From Spirochaetia bacterium (lineage in GTDB: Bacteria > Spirochaetota > Spirochaetia > WTKD01 > G963693115), in assembly GCA_963693115.1 (NCBI GenBank), contig OY843750.1:1295556-1359555 (forward strand): a DNA stretch of 64,000 nt. The letters run 5' to 3'. This document shows positions 50,800-61,549 of this stretch, piece after piece. The translations under genes were made by a program, and so were the position numbers. The notes below the pieces were generated by a model. It was not told the origin of the DNA. It saw only the letters and a program-made list of their open reading frames with translations, and searched no databases. How positions within the stretch are numbered: position 1 is the stretch's first letter; every line of letters starts with the position of its first letter.

Positions 50800-51855
50800 T
50801 TAAATAATATTATGTCTTGAGAGTTTTTTTACACTATCTGTGTGGGTATTTTTGATCTTAGAGAGGCTAATAAAGCTGTCTTGTACGATAAATCCGCAAC
50901 GGGAGTAAAAATCGAGAGCTTGTACCCAGTCTGCAATTACAAGTTTTGTTTTACGACTATGTGCATAGTACAGGCAATAGTTCAATAATAATTTACCCAA
51001 TCCCTTGCCACGACTTGTACGTGCAATGCCTATTGGCCCAAGTGCGACAGCATGCTTGTTTTTGGTGTACTGTAGGGATGGATTTTTAATAGTACTTTTG
51101 TTATTAGTAAGGCGGGCAAAACCTTCTATTGTGTAGTCTTGTTTTGGAGGTGTAGATGATGTATGCTTGCTTGTATCAATATTCTTGAGTAGGAGAAGAA
51201 TATCTTGTTGTGCAGTAGTACTCATAGTTGTAGCAATCATGTCTCTATACCAGCGTCCAGGAAATTCTGTATGCAGAAAGTATTTAAACGACTCGCCATA
51301 GCGGTTATCGTAAGGGCTAACACGATACGGCGTAGAAAGGGGAGGAGGTTGTTGGTGAGTGTGGGATGTCATATCGTAGAGTTTTGTACCAAGAGACCAG
51401 CCCCATTGTTCTGCCATTTTGTTATCCCACGTTGCCGAACAGTGAGCAGGAATACCATAATATATATGCGCATCGTCCTGTCCCCACACTATTTTTTTGT
51501 ACTGAAACAATTCTTTATCATTGTTAGGAATATATGCTTTGTTCTGCTGTATCTGTTGGCTCTTGAGCATAGCTTGTTCAAAGGCTTTAAACACTGGTTC
51601 CGAACAAATGGAGTCTGGCGAAACGGTGCAGAGACTCAAAAAAAGCAGGTGTGGTTGCATAGGGTAATGCTTAATAACTACAAACCACCGATCTCTGTAA
51701 TGATATACAAAAAGTGTGGCTCTCGGGTCATTAAGGTGATGTGCAATAGCGTCAATATCTACCTGTAAGCCATGCGGGCCATAGGCTTGTGTGTATGAGG
51801 CGTGTATTTCTTGAATTACAGTGCTGTTAGTTGCCTTTATCAAGCGTATACTCAC
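50800..51855 (-). CDS. GNAT-family acetyltransferase
   Basis: LGPIGI...RGKGLG, IADW, FY..CGF. Confidence 0.75.
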   Translation of the reverse strand: MSIRLIKATNSTVIQEIHASYTQAYGPHGLQVDIDAIAHHLNDPRATLFVYHYRDRWFVVIKHYPMQPHLLFLSLCTVSPDSICSEPVFKAFEQAMLKSQQIQQNKAYIPNNDKELFQYKKIVWGQDDAHIYYGIPAHCSATWDNKMAEQWGWSLGTKLYDMTSHTHQQPPPLSTPYRVSPYDNRYGESFKYFLHTEFPGRWYRDMIATTMSTTAQQDILLLLKNIDTSKHTSSTPPKQDYTIEGFARLTNNKSTIKNPSLQYTKNKHAVALGPIGIARTSRGKGLGKLLLNYCLYYAHSRKTKLVIADWVQALDFYSRCGFIVQDSFISLSKIKNTHTDSVKKLSRHNII

Positions 51856-51928
51856 TTAATTTAGTATAGTGGTTATTTACATAATCACTATATGATCACT
51901 AAAGCAAAACTATAGTGCCACGTGTATA

Positions 51929-52273
51929 TTGTTTGTGAATACACGCGGAAGGCTTGGTGAGGTAAGGGCATTACACTATCTTGCACGTAAGGGATATGTG
52001 ATTCTTGAACTAAATAGGTGGTATAAGGATTGTGAGGTTGATATCATCGCGATCATTAATAATATATTATGCTTTGTAGAAGTTAAGTCTAGAACACGCT
52101 TGTGTCCTGATGATTTTGTGAGAGTCGTAAGCAAAAAAAAAATATACAGACTTCGAAATCATGCCGATGTATATTATAGACATCGTCAATGTTCATGGAA
52201 GAGCATACGGATTGATGTACTTTTTGTATCACTATCAAACTATACGGTACTACATTACAAAGGAGTGTATTGA
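51929..52273 (+). CDS. YraN (UPF0102) family nuclease-fold protein
   Basis: G..GE..A..YL..KGY, EVDIIA, FVEVKSR, RIDV. Confidence 0.88.
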   Translation: MFVNTRGRLGEVRALHYLARKGYVILELNRWYKDCEVDIIAIINNILCFVEVKSRTRLCPDDFVRVVSKKKIYRLRNHADVYYRHRQCSWKSIRIDVLFVSLSNYTVLHYKGVY

Positions 52274-52422
52274 TGCCAAGAAAAAAGAAAGGACTCTCAC
52301 AATCTGAAAGAGACAAGCAAGTTCTCTTATTAAAAAAGAAGATCAACGATCCCAAATATATAAATACTGCTATCAACTGGCTTGCAACCCATCTTGCATC
52401 TAAAATTCATCCCTATTATTGA
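52273..52422 (+). CDS. Small basic hypothetical protein (49 aa), below the ORF-track cutoff
   Basis: MPRKKK...LKKKINDPKYINTAINWLA...; AGGAG at 52261, TGATG overlap with the YraN stop. Confidence 0.7.
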   Translation: MPRKKKGLSQSERDKQVLLLKKKINDPKYINTAINWLATHLASKIHPYY

Positions 52423-52430
52423 GTTTTAGT

Positions 52431-52892
52431 ATGCACGTTGTATTTCCGGGAAGTTTTGATCCCCCTACGTTTGGGCACCTCAATATTATTGAGCGTGGAG
52501 CAAAGCTGTTTGATCACGTTTCTGTCCTCGTGTCGATCAATCCTAAAAAAAAGTACTTACTTGATATCGATCTTCGGCAGACTCTCATGAGCAAATTATG
52601 TAAAAAATATCGTAATGTCAAAGTGGTACCGTGGAAAGGATTAATAGTCGATTATTTGAAGAAAAGTAATATACATGTTATACTTCGAGGTGTCCGATCA
52701 ACCAACGATTATCAATATGAATACGAGATACTACAAATAAATAAAGGACTCTACCCATCTGTAGAAACAATCTTTCTTCCAACTGAAGAAAGATTCTATT
52801 TTATGCGTTCATCAGTAATAAAGGATATACTCAATCATGGGGGTGATCTATCATCTCAAGTGCCTCCTTTAGTACTGGAACACATCATGTAG
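52431..52892 (+). CDS. coaD: Phosphopantetheine adenylyltransferase
   Basis: FPGSFDPPTFGH, LRGVR, YE, SS..K. Confidence 0.95.
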   Translation: MHVVFPGSFDPPTFGHLNIIERGAKLFDHVSVLVSINPKKKYLLDIDLRQTLMSKLCKKYRNVKVVPWKGLIVDYLKKSNIHVILRGVRSTNDYQYEYEILQINKGLYPSVETIFLPTEERFYFMRSSVIKDILNHGGDLSSQVPPLVLEHIM

Positions 52893-53428
52893 ATTTATAT
52901 ATAACAAATCTCATAGTAATAAAAACAAATCCTCTTCGCAAGAACAGCCGATACAAGGTATTTGTAGAGTTTTATCACGATTTCTTTACCTGCTTCAGAG
53001 AATTCAATACAAATCAAAGAAAAACTAACACATTTAAAGAAGGCCCGGCTACTCGTTTTAAAAATATGAACAAGCGTTTTGATGACATGAGAGAGAGTAC
53101 AGTAGGCCATGAAGTGTGGCAAATGGTATAAGAAGGATGATAATGAAGCTCTCTTATGTGTAAATTAAGAGGTATGGAGTCTATGAATTTTATAAAGACA
53201 ATTAAACAATAGGATAATTTCCTATGATCTGGTATATCCATCTTGGAACTCTTGATTGTAAAGAAATCATGTTACTACTTTCTCATTATCGGGTTTCTAC
53301 TTATACCATTTGTTGTACTTCGGGGTTTAATTCACCCCATCCAAGAGCAACATATTGTTTATCTTCCTCTACATACTATACGAATGCTTGCAGGCTTGTT
53401 TTAGAAACAAGAGGTGTATTTACCATTC

Positions 53429-54136
53429 TTAACTTTTCTTTTGGCCATAATACGCATTTTTTCCGTGTTTTCTTAAAAAATGTTTATCGAGCAGTACTTG
53501 AGATAGGGTAGGTGCTTTAGGATTGAGCAAATATGTTCGCAGTGCCATTTTCGCAACTTCGTCAATGACAATAGCATTGTGCAACGCGTTATCGGGATTA
53601 TTTCCCCAGACAAAAGGACCGTGATTTTTTACTAGTACTCCCGGTATGTCTTGAGCATTTAGTTTTCTTTTCTTGAATGTTTCTACAATGACTTTGCCCG
53701 TATTTAGTTCGTATTCTGTTTTAATTTCTTTAGATGTCATACTGCGAGTACAGGGAATATTTCCATAAAAACAATCTGCGTGTGTTGTTCCTAATGTAGG
53801 AATATCTAGTCCCGCTTGTGCCCAACTGGTACTCCATTCCGAGTGAGTATGAACTATGCCTCCTATTTCCTCAAACTGTCTATACAATTCCAAATGCGTA
53901 GGGGTATCGGAAGAAGGGTTTAGCGCACCTTCTATAATTTTTCCTTGCAAGTCTAATACAACAAGGCTTTTAAGCGTGAGGTCTTTATATTCAACTCCAC
54001 TTGGTTTTATAACAATGAGTTTTTTCTTTCTATCTATGCCGCTTACATTTCCCCAGGTAAGCTTTACTAATCCATGAAGTGGCAAATCCTTGTTGGCTTG
54101 TAATACTGCTTTCTTTAATGCTTCTAACATATTCAC
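53429..54136 (-). CDS. araD: L-ribulose-5-phosphate 4-epimerase (AraD/UlaF/SgbE)
   Basis: [36 protein letters not shown]. Confidence 0.95.
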   Translation of the reverse strand: MNMLEALKKAVLQANKDLPLHGLVKLTWGNVSGIDRKKKLIVIKPSGVEYKDLTLKSLVVLDLQGKIIEGALNPSSDTPTHLELYRQFEEIGGIVHTHSEWSTSWAQAGLDIPTLGTTHADCFYGNIPCTRSMTSKEIKTEYELNTGKVIVETFKKRKLNAQDIPGVLVKNHGPFVWGNNPDNALHNAIVIDEVAKMALRTYLLNPKAPTLSQVLLDKHFLRKHGKNAYYGQKKS

Positions 54137-54137
54137 A

Positions 54138-54974
54138 CTATCCTTTTACTGCTCCTGCAGTGATGCCAGTTATTAATTGCTTTGCCGCAAAAAAGGTAAA
54201 AATAAAAGCAGGAATAGCAATAATAGTTGCTATTGCCGTTATTTTTCCCCAATCTATTCCCGCATCGGTAATATACAATGATACGGCAACGGGTAGCGTC
54301 CTTGTTGTCCTATTAGTTAAGACCAAACTCAATATAAACTCGTTCCATGCCGTGCGAAATGTAAAAATGGCTGCAACCGATAATCCGGGCGTTATTAACG
54401 GGACAACAATTTTTCTAAAGGTTTGAAACGGGGTACATCCATCAAGATATGCAGCTTCTTCTAACTCTATGGGCAACTGTGAAATAAAAGTAGTAATTAC
54501 CCAAATAGCAAAAGGCATAGTCAATGCTGCATAGACAAAAATAAGGCTTAAGCGTGAGTTTAGAATATTTAAGTTTCTAAACATAACAAAAACAGGTACC
54601 ACTAAAATTACTGGCGGTATCATTCTCATTAAAAACGTAACTGCAGAAAAAAAGCTCTTTCCCACAAAGCTTTTTCGTGCTAAGGGATGAGCAGCCAATG
54701 TAGAAGCAGAAATACTAATGAACGTCGATGCTAACGCAATTATCACACTGTTTATAAAATAACGACTAAAGTTATTTTCTGTAAGAATAGCAACGTAGTT
54801 ATCAAGAATTGGTTTGAAAATAAATGTAGGTGGAATACTGAATGCTTCAACTTCATTTTTTAAGGAAGTTGTTACCATGATATAAATGGGAAATAAGCAA
54901 ATTAAAGCACCTATAATTATTGCAATATAACGGAGTACGGTAAAAACCGTCTTTTTAGCTCTCATTCCTAACAT
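54138..54974 (-). CDS. Carbohydrate ABC transporter permease (MalG-like)
   Basis: EAA loop [22 protein letters not shown]. Confidence 0.93.
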   Translation of the reverse strand: MLGMRAKKTVFTVLRYIAIIIGALICLFPIYIMVTTSLKNEVEAFSIPPTFIFKPILDNYVAILTENNFSRYFINSVIIALASTFISISASTLAAHPLARKSFVGKSFFSAVTFLMRMIPPVILVVPVFVMFRNLNILNSRLSLIFVYAALTMPFAIWVITTFISQLPIELEEAAYLDGCTPFQTFRKIVVPLITPGLSVAAIFTFRTAWNEFILSLVLTNRTTRTLPVAVSLYITDAGIDWGKITAIATIIAIPAFIFTFFAAKQLITGITAGAVKG

Positions 54975-54976
54975 GA

Positions 54977-55867
54977 CTACCTTCTTCTCCTTCTCACTCT
55001 CGCTTTTAACATAAGAGATAGAATAACAATTATAGTCAATAATACTATAGCTATTGCAGAAGCAATGCCTAGTCGCTGTCCGACAAATGCTTTTTTATAT
55101 AAATGCAAGGATAGTACCTCTGTGGAAAGCCCAGGACCTCCATAGGTCATATTAAAAATTACCACCAAACTGCGAAAAGAATCTATCATCCGCAATACTA
55201 CAGTAATACCAATTACCGATGCTATAGAGGGAATTCTCACAAAAAATAAATTCTGAAAATAATTTGCTCCGTCTATCATTGCTGCTTCTGTGAGAACTTT
55301 GGGAACACCTTTTAATCCTGCGAGTAGCAACAAAAATACAAATGGTGTCCACTGCCAAACATCTGCAATAATTACAGAAATAAGCGCAATATTAGGATTA
55401 GACAACCATCCCACCGGTTCAATACCTAGTCTCCCTAATAAATAGTTAATCATTCCATAAGATGGATTATACAGAAACCTCCACACAACACCAACGACAA
55501 CAGGAGCTACCATAATAGGCAAAATAAAGATAGAACGAAAAAATCGTAATCCTTTAATTCCCTGTTCTAATAACAGCGCTATTATCATGCCGAGCACGAG
55601 CTCTATGATTACTACGCTAAATGTAAAACTTAATGTTACTTTTATGCTTTCTAAGAAGTACCTATCAGAAAATAATTCTTTGTAATTTCGTAAGCCAACC
55701 CAAAGCGGATTTTTTGCGAGATTTCTCATTTGCCACTCAAAAAAACTCAGTCGCAACCCATCTAAGATTGGATAAAGAAGAATTGCTCCCATAATTAACG
55801 CGGCAGGAAGAATAAAAAGATATACGTTTACATCAATTTTCTTTAATGCAATCTTGCCTTTTTTCAT
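54977..55867 (-). CDS. Carbohydrate ABC transporter permease (MalF-like)
   Basis: VGL.NY, DVWQWTPF, EAAMIDGA, GGPG. Confidence 0.93.
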   Translation of the reverse strand: MKKGKIALKKIDVNVYLFILPAALIMGAILLYPILDGLRLSFFEWQMRNLAKNPLWVGLRNYKELFSDRYFLESIKVTLSFTFSVVIIELVLGMIIALLLEQGIKGLRFFRSIFILPIMVAPVVVGVVWRFLYNPSYGMINYLLGRLGIEPVGWLSNPNIALISVIIADVWQWTPFVFLLLLAGLKGVPKVLTEAAMIDGANYFQNLFFVRIPSIASVIGITVVLRMIDSFRSLVVIFNMTYGGPGLSTEVLSLHLYKKAFVGQRLGIASAIAIVLLTIIVILSLMLKARVRRRRR

Positions 55868-55940
55868 ATAAACACTGTCCAGATGTATTGTTACAGATAG
55901 GATAATAATTGTCTGCTATTACAATTTCAAATTAAAAATA

Positions 55941-55976
55941 ATATGGCGATTTTCTCATAAGAAAAAATCACCATAT
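55941..55976 (-). terminator. Stem-loop after the binding-protein gene (partial terminator or mRNA stabiliser)
   Basis: ATATGG.GATTTT inverted repeat with a T-rich tail on the minus strand. Confidence 0.7.
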
Positions 55977-55992
55977 CAGCAAGTAATAAAAA

Positions 55993-57360
55993 TTATTTTA
56001 TATACCCCGCTCTTTTCATTATGTTTCTCACAGGATCTACAATATCTTGCATTGCTTGCTCTGGTGTTTTTTCACCCGTTAATGCCTGATTAATTGCAAC
56101 TCCTAAATAAGGACCGTTAATTTCTCCCCATTCTGGAATTATTGGTCTCCAATCTGGATTTGCATTTTTCAGTTGTTCTTCAAGCACAACAAATTCAGGA
56201 TACTGTACTTGTAATTCTGGATCACTTACAGAAGACGTCCTAAATGGTGCCCCACCGTTTTCTATTATCTTTCTTTCTGTTTCTTTCATGGTTAAGTATT
56301 GCATAAAAAGGAATGCAGCTTCTGGATTTTGAGCATTTTTTGGAATGGCAAGCCCAAACCCACCAGTTTCTGAAAGGTTGGTTTTTGCCGTAGGATGAAG
56401 TGCAAATCCTACTTTGTCGTATACTTTAGATTTTTTCGGATCTTTTACTATACCAGCAAAAACACTCGCATCGAGATACAAGGCAGCATCACCTTGTAAA
56501 AAGGCTTGAAATTCTTCGCTTTGTGTAAAGCCAGTCATGCCATCAGGACCATATTTGACCACCTCTTGCATAAATTCAATAGTTTTTATTGCTTCAGGAG
56601 AAGTAAATGCAGGTTCCCAATTTTCATCAAATACTGTAGCCCCAAATGGTGATGCGTGTAAGAGCCATCCATGTGTAGCATGATGTCCTGACGCGGCACG
56701 CATGGTAAGTCCGCTCACGCCCGAAACTTCTTCTTTGAAAAACTTAGAAACTTCAATGAGCTCATCGTATGTGGTGGGAACTTTTTTATTATATTGGTCA
56801 AATAGATCTTTTCTATAGACGAGAATGCTTGTTTCTGCACCAAAAGGTAATCCGTATAGCTGAGCACCTGGTCCATCTTTGTAAATATTATCTCCACCTG
56901 CTATTCCTGTTACTTCCACATATGCTGGAATTAAATCATCAAAATCGTATCCAGGAACATTGAGATTTGCTTGTTCAAAAAATGGTTCCAATGGCAAAAT
57001 CATATCGGCAAGCGCATATTCTGCTTTCCACATAACAACCATAGAAATAAGATCATAATCGCCCTGTGGCTTTGTCATTTCCAATACTTGTTTATCGTGC
57101 ATTTTGAGATATTGCAATAAATCAACTTCTACGTTTATTCCTGTGAGTGCCTCAAACTCTTCTATAACACCAGCGTCTATTGCGGCATTATAGTGTCCAT
57201 GGTTAGGAAAGTTAGCTACTATAGTGGTTCCTTCAAACATTCTCCAGTCAAAATTTCCCGAAGTAGCCATATTTCCTTCTGCAGATCCGCCAGAAGCCCA
57301 CACACTTGTTAGTAACACTAACGTTAAAAACATGACAATAAGAAATTTTCTTAACATCAT
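55993..57360 (-). CDS. Sugar ABC transporter substrate-binding protein
   Basis: Signal peptide (VWA-SG), YRKDLF, P.TYDEL, F.QG.AA, G.G.AI. Confidence 0.92.
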   Translation of the reverse strand: MMLRKFLIVMFLTLVLLTSVWASGGSAEGNMATSGNFDWRMFEGTTIVANFPNHGHYNAAIDAGVIEEFEALTGINVEVDLLQYLKMHDKQVLEMTKPQGDYDLISMVVMWKAEYALADMILPLEPFFEQANLNVPGYDFDDLIPAYVEVTGIAGGDNIYKDGPGAQLYGLPFGAETSILVYRKDLFDQYNKKVPTTYDELIEVSKFFKEEVSGVSGLTMRAASGHHATHGWLLHASPFGATVFDENWEPAFTSPEAIKTIEFMQEVVKYGPDGMTGFTQSEEFQAFLQGDAALYLDASVFAGIVKDPKKSKVYDKVGFALHPTAKTNLSETGGFGLAIPKNAQNPEAAFLFMQYLTMKETERKIIENGGAPFRTSSVSDPELQVQYPEFVVLEEQLKNANPDWRPIIPEWGEINGPYLGVAINQALTGEKTPEQAMQDIVDPVRNIMKRAGYIK

Positions 57361-57388
57361 ATAACCTCCTTAATGATTATTTAGTAAT

Positions 57389-57417
57389 AGTATATCATAA
57401 ATTCAATCATAACGCAA
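57389..57417 (-). promoter_or_regulatory. Internal promoter for the ABC genes
   Basis: Minus strand TTGCGT-17-TATACT with TG extension; AAGGAGG SD. Confidence 0.7.
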
Positions 57418-57645
57418 GTCTTTTTTGATCATATATGTATGTTTTTTTGAGAGATAGGGTAGAAAAAGAAAGATAAATGGAAATATTGTACAGTGTACAA
57501 TTACACCAAAGTAGAAAGATATTTGAAGCAAAATAAGAAGCGCAGGGCCGTACATGCAAAAGGGTAGTATATGCAAAAGTTGAAGCAGTGTTATATTGTA
57601 ATAACAAAGTTTCAAAACATATGATACCCCTCGTCATGTGCTCAG

Positions 57646-59156
57646 CTACCAAAGCTCATTTTCACAAAAAACGCTATACACTTTTTTACGTTTCTCTAAT
57701 ATTTGCTCATATACTGTAAAATTATTTTTGTCGGGGGTGTATATATGTTTCTTGCGATAGGCATTTATAATATCAAATCCCTCGTTATGAGAAGATATCG
57801 TTTTCATTGTTTTTGTAGCAACAATCCACGCTCCTACTGCGGTAGATTCTGGTTCATCAAAATACACAATCTCTGCTCCTAGACAATCGGAAAGCATTTG
57901 ATTATAAGCAGAAAATTCCGACATACCACCCGCTACACTTATTGTAGAAACGTGTTCTGTCAGTGTTTCCATGAGCATTTTGTTTTCTTTGATTTCGAGA
58001 GCGATACCTTCTAATATAGCACGGGCAAAATCTCCTGTGGTAGAATTGAACGACAGGTTAAGAAAACTTCCAGAGGTATTACTGTTCCAAAATGGAGCCC
58101 CTCGCCCAGCAATCCAAGGGAGAAACAGCACTCCATGTGAACCTGTGGGAGTATTCTCTACGGATGTATTTATGTGGGTATATATATCTGTGGCATTTTT
58201 GTATGTAGTAGCACTACTACCATTACGAGACAAAAATTTTACAAACCAGTTGTACAGAATTCCGGCACTCAAAATCGACGCTTCTACAGTATAGTGTCCA
58301 GAAATAGCAGAGGCATTACAAAAAAATTTCTCGAGGTATCTAATAAAATACTATAAGAATTTTTAAGTATATATGCCCCAGTCCCCGTATTTATAACTAG
58401 CGAGTTGCTCTCAGATAGACCCTGCCCAAGCGCAGCACATTGCTGATCTCCACCCGCACTCACTACAGGAATGTTTGCAGGCAGGTTTGTTTTAGAAGCA
58501 ACAGATTGCATTACATTTCCACACACACTGCCAGATGGAATGAGTGTACAAAGTTTGCTTGTATCAAGTTTATACAAGTCTAAAAGTTGTTCATCCCATT
58601 CTTTTGTTTCTAAGTTCATAATTGCAGTTCTACTACCAAAGCTATAATCGGTTACAAAGTTTCCCGTTAAATAGTGTACAAGTAGATCTTGAATACCTAT
58701 AAAAAAACGTGTTTTTTCGTAGAGTGCTGGATAGTGTGCTTTAATCCACAGTATTTTAGAGGCAGATACCAATGTGCTAAATAGCATTCCTGTCTTGTCG
58801 TAAATTGTATTGTGATAGTCATTGTACTGTTCTACTATAGATGCGCTTCTTCTATCTTGCCACATAATAGCGTTGTGCAAGGGAATTCCATTGTTATCGA
58901 CGGGAATAACCGATGATCGAGCTGCCGTAAGCGCTATACATGAAATAGTTTCTTTTTTAGTTTTTGTGGTGTTTCCGTAATAGAGCAAAATATCTTCTAA
59001 CGCTTCTATCCATGACCTAGGGTCTTGTTCGACTTTTCCGTGATCTAAAAACAGAGGAGAATAATGACGTCTTTGTATATCTAGTTTTTGTCCTAGCCCG
59101 TTAAATAACACTCCCCTCATACTAGAAGTACCAACGTCAATTACTAGCATGGTCAC
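57646..59156 (-). pseudogene. FGGY carbohydrate kinase split by a 1-nt frameshift at a T7 tract (58320-58326)
   Basis: N-half IDVGTSS, W.DRR, GGDQQCA, TGTG; C-half FLPW..G..AP, RA.LEG.A, GG; one extra T joins them as ...SRNFFCNASAISGHYTVEAS... Confidence 0.85.
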
Positions 59157-59157
59157 A

Positions 59158-60024
59158 CTATTCTAAAAATTTTGCGTCGCGCATCTGTATAAGAATCCAT
59201 CTTCGAGCATTCGCTATTTCTGTAAGTGCATTTTTAGAATTCTGTGTCCACATTTCAATGAGAAAAGGACCATTATAGTGGAGTTTTTTAAGTATCCTAA
59301 ATACTGATGCAAAATCCACACAGCCTGTCCCAAAGGGAACTTCTCTAAATTTACCGGGGAATTTCTTTGTAACTGCTAACGTGTCTTTTAGGTGTATGCC
59401 TGTAATATAATGAAGTCCAAGTTCCAGTTCTTTTGCAATATCGTTTCCCCATGCACTCAAATTACCGATATCGGGATAGACATTAAACCAACACGAAGGT
59501 ATTTTTTTTTTGTAGCTTAAAAATTTTGTAATAGAATTCATGGTAGGGTGATCCATAATTTCCATTCCAAGCATGACGTTTTTTTCTTCTGCGAGAGCTA
59601 CTGATCTTTGTAACCCTTCTAGGAACCATTTTTTTGTCGAGGCATCACACTTCTCGTAATAAACATCGTACCCTGCAAGTTGAATAGTACGAATGCCTAA
59701 GTCTACACATAACTCTATAGCCTTTTTCATTATTTCAAGTGCTTTTTTTCTTACACGAGCATTATGACTTCCAAAAGGAAAGCGTCTGTGTCCGCTTAAA
59801 CACATACTTACAATTTTCACTTCTGTTTTTTCAAGCGCTCTTCTGATTTTTTTTCTTTCGGCAAGATCCCAATGTAATCGACTCAGTTTATCATCCGTTT
59901 CATCTATAGACATTTCAATAAACTGAAATTGTAAGTCTGCAGCCGTTTGTAATTTTTTGCCCCAACTCATGGTAAGAGGCAATGCTTTTTCATATATTCC
60001 CAAGTGTAAGTTTTTGAGTTTCAT
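59158..60024 (-). CDS. ulaE: L-ribulose-5-phosphate 3-epimerase (UlaE/SgbU)
   Basis: LGIYEKALP, EMSIDE, SMCLSGHRRFPFGS, YPDIGNL, HLKDT, IEMW. Confidence 0.93.
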   Translation of the reverse strand: MKLKNLHLGIYEKALPLTMSWGKKLQTAADLQFQFIEMSIDETDDKLSRLHWDLAERKKIRRALEKTEVKIVSMCLSGHRRFPFGSHNARVRKKALEIMKKAIELCVDLGIRTIQLAGYDVYYEKCDASTKKWFLEGLQRSVALAEEKNVMLGMEIMDHPTMNSITKFLSYKKKIPSCWFNVYPDIGNLSAWGNDIAKELELGLHYITGIHLKDTLAVTKKFPGKFREVPFGTGCVDFASVFRILKKLHYNGPFLIEMWTQNSKNALTEIANARRWILIQMRDAKFLE

Positions 60025-60675
60025 TTAATCCCATATTGCACTAATAGCCGCATTAAAATCGCGTGCTGCTTGAACGGGATTATCTGCTTCATACAATGCA
60101 CGCCCTGCAATAAATGCCTTTACTGGTATATTCTTAAAAAATCTTATATCTTCTGGATACAAGCCTCCTGTTACCGATACTTCAAATCCCATATCACAGA
60201 GTTTTTTTATTTTGGAAAGATCAGCCTCTCCCCATTTTTGTCCTGCTAATGCAGCATCTCTGCCTCGGTGATACACTGTTTGCGTTAATCCTATGGCTTT
60301 CCATGATTGTGCATGCTCAAACGTCCAATCTCCATAAAGTTCGACTTGTATATCTCCTTCATACTCTTTGGCAACGGTGAGGGCAGATTCCATAGTCGCA
60401 ATGGGAGCATTGCAGATAACAGTCATCCATGTCGCACCTTTTTCAAACACTAATTTTGCGACAACAGTTCCTGCATCGGCGGCTTTTAAGTCAGCGAGAA
60501 TGGTATGGGTAGGGTATTGCTTTCTTAACGCCTCTATGACCTTTGCTCCTTCAGCATAGCATAAAATAGTCCCTGCTTCTAATACATCTAATTCCGACGC
60601 AAGGATAGTCGCAGTTTTTAATGCGGCGTCTAAATTAGTATGATCTAATGCAACTTGTAAAAGAGGTTTACTCAT
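60025..60675 (-). CDS. ulaD: 3-keto-L-gulonate-6-phosphate decarboxylase (UlaD/SgbH)
   Basis: LQVALD, EAGTIL, D.K.ADAG, YHR.RD, VTGG, FIAGR. Confidence 0.93.
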   Translation of the reverse strand: MSKPLLQVALDHTNLDAALKTATILASELDVLEAGTILCYAEGAKVIEALRKQYPTHTILADLKAADAGTVVAKLVFEKGATWMTVICNAPIATMESALTVAKEYEGDIQVELYGDWTFEHAQSWKAIGLTQTVYHRGRDAALAGQKWGEADLSKIKKLCDMGFEVSVTGGLYPEDIRFFKNIPVKAFIAGRALYEADNPVQAARDFNAAISAIWD

Positions 60676-60714
60676 TATAACTCCTTATAATTTTATTTTT
60701 TTTATTCAATGGTG

Positions 60715-61500
60715 TCATGCTATATGTACTTCTATTCCTCTTGCTTCTATAGTTTTTAAAATATGGGTAGGGCATTGATTATCAGTTACTAATATATCAA
60801 CCACATCTAAATCTGCAGAAATAAAATTTGCATATACTCCAATCTTGGAAAAATCTGCAAGCACCATTACCTTGCCTTGTGTGTTTTGTATCATTGCTTG
60901 ATTAATACTACACTCAGAAAAAACAGTCGTAGTAAGTCCTTGCTCAAGAGAGAATCCATTTATTCCTAAAATAGTATAATCGCTATACATTCCTTGCAAA
61001 GATTTTAATGCCATATCTCCTACAAAAGAATGAGAATGATCTCTATATTCTCCTCCGACTAATAGCAATTCTACTTTTGCATCTTTATACGAAGTAAGAG
61101 CAGCGGCATTATTAGTAATAACACGCATATGTCTATCTTGAATTGCTTCTAAAAAGAAGAGCGTTGTCGAGCCACTATTAAGAAACAGTATCGCATCATC
61201 CTCAATAAGACTCGCTGCTTTGGTGGCTATTCTTCTTTTTTCTGAAATATGGACTATTTCTTTTTTAAAGAAACTAATTTCAGGGCGATACCCTGAGGAC
61301 AACTTATTAATATTTGTAGCTCCTCCGTGAATACGCGATAAATATTTTTTCTTATCCAAGAAATCAAGATCTCTACGAATAGTAACAGGTGACACATTAA
61401 GATGCTTACTAAGATGCTCAACGGTCACACGTTCTTCCTCTTTAAGAAATTGGAGAATTCTTGTATGTCTGTTTACAATAATGTCGTTGGCTGTATTCAT
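60715..61500 (-). CDS. DeoR/GlpR-family regulator (UlaR-like)
   Basis: HTH LSKHLNVSPVTIRRDL, HGGA, EKRRIA, SGSTT, D.SK; ATG 61500. Confidence 0.9.
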   Translation of the reverse strand: MNTANDIIVNRHTRILQFLKEEERVTVEHLSKHLNVSPVTIRRDLDFLDKKKYLSRIHGGATNINKLSSGYRPEISFFKKEIVHISEKRRIATKAASLIEDDAILFLNSGSTTLFFLEAIQDRHMRVITNNAAALTSYKDAKVELLLVGGEYRDHSHSFVGDMALKSLQGMYSDYTILGINGFSLEQGLTTTVFSECSINQAMIQNTQGKVMVLADFSKIGVYANFISADLDVVDILVTDNQCPTHILKTIEARGIEVHIA

Positions 61501-61549
61501 TGCTGTATACTTTACTTGTTTATCATTGTTCCTTTGAGCATCATTATCA

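Noticed and set aside
51205-51768. 187-aa plus-strand ORF
   Set aside because: Fully antisense to the GNAT gene, with no motifs
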